The notes beneath the pieces are model-generated. The model worked only from the letters and a program-made list of their open reading frames with translations, ran no database searches and was not told the DNA's origin. A program made the position numbers and the translations under genes. A DNA stretch of 64,000 bases from Podospora anserina (taxonomy: Eukaryota): NCBI GenBank assembly GCA_017654855.1, contig CM030332.1, positions 2,976,001 through 3,040,000 of the forward strand, read 5' to 3'. Each line of letters opens with the position of its first letter. The first letter of the stretch is position 1. This document shows positions 61,255-64,000 of this stretch, in pieces.

Positions 61255-62420
61255 GTGGTCGGCCACGAGCTCCCAAATTTTCGCCCCATGGGGGAAGACC
61301 ATCCAGGCGCGAGCGGAGGAAATATGAGGCGCGCCAGGGGGACGACAGCTGGTGGGGTGATGACCGGCGTGTCGAAGAAGTGGATGAATCTGATTCTGGT
61401 GTCGGGCTGGCCTCGAGCGCATTGGTCAGACGGGGTGGAAGCTTTGGTTCGGGCATGAATATCGTTGCTCGGGAGGACGGAGAGGAGACGACGGACGACT
61501 CGGAAGACGGGACGGATGATGACTATGACGATGACATGCCCATGCTCAGCCCGCGGGAGGAGGCTCTCGCCGAGGCTGCCATGGCACGTGTAGCGCGTGC
61601 CCATTCGAGAGGCAAGACGAATGTGAAGTTGGGCAAGGAGGAGTTGGCTGCCTATCAGAAGAAGCTGGCGATCATCGAGTACCAAAGGACGAGGCCACCA
61701 CGGAGAGAGCGTGTTGCTGTTCCCATCACTGCACTTGGACCTGCTGCCCGCAGCGCCAATCGACTGCCATCTGACGGCAGCACACCCCCTTCGGCCTCTT
61801 CGCCCGATCCAAACTCGGAAAGAGAACCAGCACAGCCACCAATGGGCTACTTTCCTCCTTCCTCTTCGCGCTCGTTTCCTCGTTCAGGCTCTAGTGCATC
61901 CAGGACACCTAGCCAGACCAGGGTTGACAGAGACCGGGACTTGTCGCCGTTCACGTATTCGTACATTCGCAAGGGCGATTCCGAGATTCGACCAAGCTCT
62001 CGGCAGCCCTCTGATTCTTCCGACCATCCAAGGGTCCCTCAACGCCGCAGCGAGTCTCAGGATCCTTTCCAGTACATGACGGACAAGCAGCCATCGCCTC
62101 TTTCAGGAGCCTCAGCCTCGTCGCGGACACTTCATCTTGATCCTTTGTCGGGAGCACCCTATTATGGATCTTCAACGGTTGTTCGCCGACGGACCGGCGG
62201 TCACGAAGACAGCGCCAGCGGCAGCGAGGACGCCTTTGACCCTGCGCCTCCTGGGCGGGTCAACAGCTCCGGCACCACCCGTCCTGACTCGAGGGGCGAT
62301 GACAAGTTGTCTCCTTCGGCCAAGAAGTCATCTTCTTCCAGTTCGGCTGTGCCTTCTCGCAAGAAGTCGGTTGCTACACGGACCAGCATCTTGGGTACTG
62401 CTAGAAGGAAAGCGAAATGA
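61230..62420 (+). CDS. YIP3: YIP3 -1 frame C-terminal extension (long form via programmed frameshift)
   Basis: Open from just after TGA 61227-61229 to 62420, with no ATG for the first 75 codons. Overlaps the YIP3 end across T TTT TCC (61233-61239). GFFRGGGLGGRPR..., acidic, helical and S/P/R-rich segments. Confidence 0.8.
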   Translation, partial: GFFRGGGLGGRPRAPKFSPHGGRPSRRERRKYEARQGDDSWWGDDRRVEEVDESDSGVGLASSALVRRGGSFGSGMNIVAREDGEETTDDSEDGTDDDYDDDMPMLSPREEALAEAAMARVARAHSRGKTNVKLGKEELAAYQKKLAIIEYQRTRPPRRERVAVPITALGPAARSANRLPSDGSTPPSASSPDPNSEREPAQPPMGYFPPSSSRSFPRSGSSASRTPSQTRVDRDRDLSPFTYSYIRKGDSEIRPSSRQPSDSSDHPRVPQRRSESQDPFQYMTDKQPSPLSGASASSRTLHLDPLSGAPYYGSSTVVRRRTGGHEDSASGSEDAFDPAPPGRVNSSGTTRPDSRGDDKLSPSAKKSSSSSSAVPSRKKSVATRTSILGTARRKAK

Positions 62421-62792
62421 TAAAGCCGAATGTGTCTCTGTTTTCTGTTTTTTTTTCTCTCTTTTCATTCTCCTCTCTGGGCAAAGTTTTGTGTGCGTGC
62501 GTGCGCGGCGGTCGGAGTCTATTTATCATCCTGGAGCAAACAGCGCGGATTTTGGGAAAAGAGGATCGGCTGGGATAACTATAGACTTGTGGGAATTTGA
62601 AATCAAATGAGTTTGTGTGAAGTTTTCTTGTTTGCAATATGTGCCCTTGCCATGTTTGATTGTCCTGACTTACAAATTCCACCGAGGTATACTTGACCAT
62701 TAACGCCCGTTGTTTAATAATATCCATCATGATACCTTTTCCCACGTACCATCATCATCATCGTCATCATTATCGATTGTCGTTTGTGTCAG

Positions 62793-63809
62793 TTAATCAG
62801 AAAAGAACTTTGTCACCCCCTTGACCATCCCATCCCCCCATCCACCACCACCCCCCAAGTCCCTAGTAAAACTCTCGGTCGTCTTCTCCCACGAACTCCC
62901 GTCGTAACCCCTCGTCGATCGTTCCACTGTTGATCTGGCCATTTTGACCGCCCCGGCGGCACCCCCAGCCGCCCCGGCGAGTTTGACTGCCTCGCCGACG
63001 AGTCCTACGCTGTCTCCTGATGCGGCTTTACCGGCCACCCCGATGAGCCGCTCGATTGCTTTGGGGAGACGGATCCCTACTTTTGCGAGGAGGGCGGTGA
63101 GGAACCCGCCGGTGAGGAGGGGCATGATGACTAGCATGAAGACCTTGAGGGGGTGGCGCTTTGCGTGGTTGAGAAGGTCGCGAAGGAGGCGGCGGATTTT
63201 TTTGTGGAGTTTGGTTAGGAGGTTGGGGCGGGGGGAGCGTTTATAGTAGGAGGAGGGGGTGCTTGGGCGGCCGCCTGGGGGGGGGGAGGGGAGGTTAGTA
63301 TGGGATATAAGGAAAGGGGGGGTTTAATGTGTGGGAGACGAACCAAACCCAGCAAAGAAGGAGGATCGGGATGCGTTGCCGCCTGCGAGGTTAAACAACG
63401 CGCGTGAGGCGTTGGATTGGGAGAAGAACGAACGGGAATCATCATCCACACTGCCCCTATGACGAGACCTCGACCGGGAACGGTTGCGCTGGGAGCGGGA
63501 GGGGGCGGGCTCATGGTCGCCGTAGATGAGGTCGTCGTCGTCTGAGGACGGGGAGGCGAAGAAGGAGGTTATACCCCCCATCACCGACCCGCTTTCCTCC
63601 CCCGCATGACGATGATGATGCTTCTTTGAAGAACGGCGCCTGCTCCGGGAGCGCTCCTCGCGATGATACTCCCGGGGAGAAGAGCGGTCCTTGGACCTCG
63701 AACGGTGGTGCTTCCTGCTGGAGCGGTGGTGGGATCGGTGGTGCCGTTTGGAGGTTGAGTGGGCTGTTCGACCCGAGATGACGGAGGAGGCGTCGTCTAG
63801 GAGGCCCAT
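62793..63809 (-). CDS. Hypothetical protein (R/S/H-rich N-terminus, hydrophobic C-terminal segment)
   Basis: One intron (~63275-63343) joins ORF 63324-63809 to SSYYKRSPRPNLLTKLHKKIRRLLRDLLNHAKRHPLKVFMLVIMPLLTGG... Confidence 0.75.
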
Positions 63810-64000
63810 TTTGACGATAGAGTCTTCTCAAGATGTGGTGGAGGTTCTCGCGAGAAACAGGGGACGCGTTCGTAGGGCTGATCAGCAAGGTCCCTTGAAA
63901 ATAATGGAGCTATCACCAAGAATAGCAGAGGCACCGCAAAATGCAGGTACGAGTTGCGTCAAACCAGACACTAAACCAATGCACGAAACAAAGATTGACA

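Noticed and set aside
61380-62420. Independent gene starting at GTG 61380 or ATG 61455
   Set aside because: The frame is open back into the YIP3 end and there is no promoter room; better explained as a frameshift extension.

Overview
Eukaryotic, intron-containing DNA from a Sordariales fungus. It is very likely the Podospora anserina species complex, because the 221-aa alpha-factor-like pheromone precursor with two QWCLRFVGQSCW copies matches my recollection of P. anserina MFM. The first ~8 kb is accessory-like: a fungal-luciferase-family gene truncated by the window edge and missed by the ORF track, decayed ORFs, a probable DNA-transposon end, and an unannotated ~170-nt structured Pol III-type ncRNA candidate. 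A core housekeeping block follows: mfm pheromone, FMP32/CCDC90, NOP2, clathrin heavy chain, pyruvate carboxylase with micro-exons, MPC1, SmB, RPL11, NAD(P)HX dehydratase with PTS1, ATP1, dipeptidyl aminopeptidase, YbjQ-like, GH131, YIP3/PRA1 and hypotheticals. Top observations: (1) YIP3 is followed by a ~396-codon ORF in the -1 frame that overlaps it by only 22 nt across T TTT TCC plus a 3' hairpin, i.e. a programmed -1 ribosomal frameshift (I recall this was published for PaYIP3). (2) The 6706-6880 minus-strand element has a TATA-like box, A-box, B-box, four hairpins and an oligo-T terminator, and is not a tRNA or snRNA I recognise. (3) A strict 21-nt-period heptad-coding array at 42.7-43.05 kb is inactivated by RIP-like C-to-T stops. 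Splice models were built by eye from GT-AG and branch-site signals, and family assignments come from motif recognition, not database searches.
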